DNA of 64,000 nucleotides from Escherichia coli (GTDB lineage Bacteria; Pseudomonadota; Gammaproteobacteria; Enterobacterales; Enterobacteriaceae): NCBI RefSeq assembly GCF_011045215.1, contig NZ_CP049201.1; one strand, 5' to 3'. Shown piece by piece: positions 63,066 to 64,000 of this stretch (position 1 is its first letter; each line of letters starts with the position of its first letter). The notes under the pieces were generated by a model. It saw only the letters and a program-made list of their open reading frames with translations, ran no database searches and was not told where the DNA came from. The position numbers and the translations under genes were made by a program.

Positions 63066-64000
63066 TGAAGCAACTTTGGTTTGCCATGTCATTAGTGACA
63101 GGTAGCCTGTTATTCTCTGCTAACGCCTCGGCCACTCCCGCGTCCGGGGCGTTATTACAGCAGATGAACCTGGCCAGTCAGTCACTGAATTACGAGCTGT
63201 CATTCATCAGCATCAATAAACAGGGTGTTGAGTCTCTGCGTTATCGACATGCACGCCTCGATAACCGTCCTCTTGCACAATTGTTGCAAATGGATGGCCC
63301 GCGCCGGGAAGTGGTACAGCGCGGCAATGAAATCAGCTATTTTGAACCGGGACTTGAACCGTTCACGCTTAATGGCGATTACATTGTTGATTCTCTGCCA
63401 TCGCTCATCTATACCGATTTCAAACGCCTTTCTCCTTACTACGACTTTATCTCCGTCGGGCGCACGCGTATTGCTGATCGTCTTTGCGAAGTCATTCGCG
63501 TGGTTGCCCGAGATGGTACACGCTACAGCTACATCGTGTGGATGGACACCGAATCGAAATTACCGATGCGGGTTGATCTTCTTGATCGCGATGGTGAAAC
63601 GCTGGAACAATTTCGCGTGATTGCTTTTAACGTCAATCAAGATATCAGCAGCAGTATGCAGACGCTGGCGAAGGCAAATTTGCCGCCGTTGCTTTCTGTT
63701 CCTGTAGGTGAAAAAGCTAAATTCAGCTGGACGCCAACCTGGTTGCCACAGGGTTTTAGCGAAGTTTCCAGTAGTCGACGTCCGCTACCGACGATGGACA
63801 ACATGCCTATCGAATCACGTCTCTATTCCGACGGATTATTCAGCTTCTCGGTAAACGTTAACCGCGCTACGCCATCGAGCACCGATCAGATGTTGCGCAC
63901 CGGACGCAGAACCGTCAGTACAAGCGTACGTGATAACGCCGAAATCACCATTGTCGGTGAACTGCCGCCGCAAACGGCGAAACGCATTGCCGAGAATATT
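63065..64000 (+). CDS. rseB: Sigma-E regulatory protein RseB (3' end truncated by window)
   Basis: ATG overlapping the rseA stop (taATGa); my translation MKQLWFAMSLVTGSLLFSANASA... open to window end; not in ORF track because no stop in window. Confidence 0.9.
   Translation, partial: MKQLWFAMSLVTGSLLFSANASATPASGALLQQMNLASQSLNYELSFISINKQGVESLRYRHARLDNRPLAQLLQMDGPRREVVQRGNEISYFEPGLEPFTLNGDYIVDSLPSLIYTDFKRLSPYYDFISVGRTRIADRLCEVIRVVARDGTRYSYIVWMDTESKLPMRVDLLDRDGETLEQFRVIAFNVNQDISSSMQTLAKANLPPLLSVPVGEKAKFSWTPTWLPQGFSEVSSSRRPLPTMDNMPIESRLYSDGLFSFSVNVNRATPSSTDQMLRTGRRTVSTSVRDNAEITIVGELPPQTAKRIAENI

Overview
Enterobacterial (Escherichia coli-type) chromosome. Positions ~16.6-64 kb are conserved core genome, recognised from the translated ORFs and rRNA sequence: smpB, ratAB, bamE, recN, nadK, grpE, ffh, rpsP-rimM-trmD-rplS, yfiBNR, aroF-tyrA, pheLA, raiA, bamD, rluD, clpB, a complete rrnG-type rRNA operon (16S, tRNA-Glu, 23S, 5S), kgtP, pssA, patZ, trxC, ung, grcA, srmB, nadB, rpoE-rseA-rseB. 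Positions 1-16.2 kb are a mosaic, AT-rich genomic island inserted at the 3' end of the tmRNA gene ssrA, with a P4-type tyrosine integrase beside ssrA. The island carries: (i) a type I restriction-modification operon hsdM-hsdS-hsdR in which hsdR is interrupted by a single in-frame amber codon; (ii) a defective IS1 copy and an IS3-family transposase remnant; (iii) very AT-rich ankyrin-repeat genes, one apparently frameshift-truncated; and (iv) the most interesting candidate, a tightly coupled three-gene operon encoding a large serine recombinase followed by two 298-aa ParB/sulfiredoxin-fold proteins with no ParA partner, plus a nested palindromic site upstream. I do not recognise this module as any named defence or partition system. 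All calls rest on reading the sequence and ORF translations; no database search was run.
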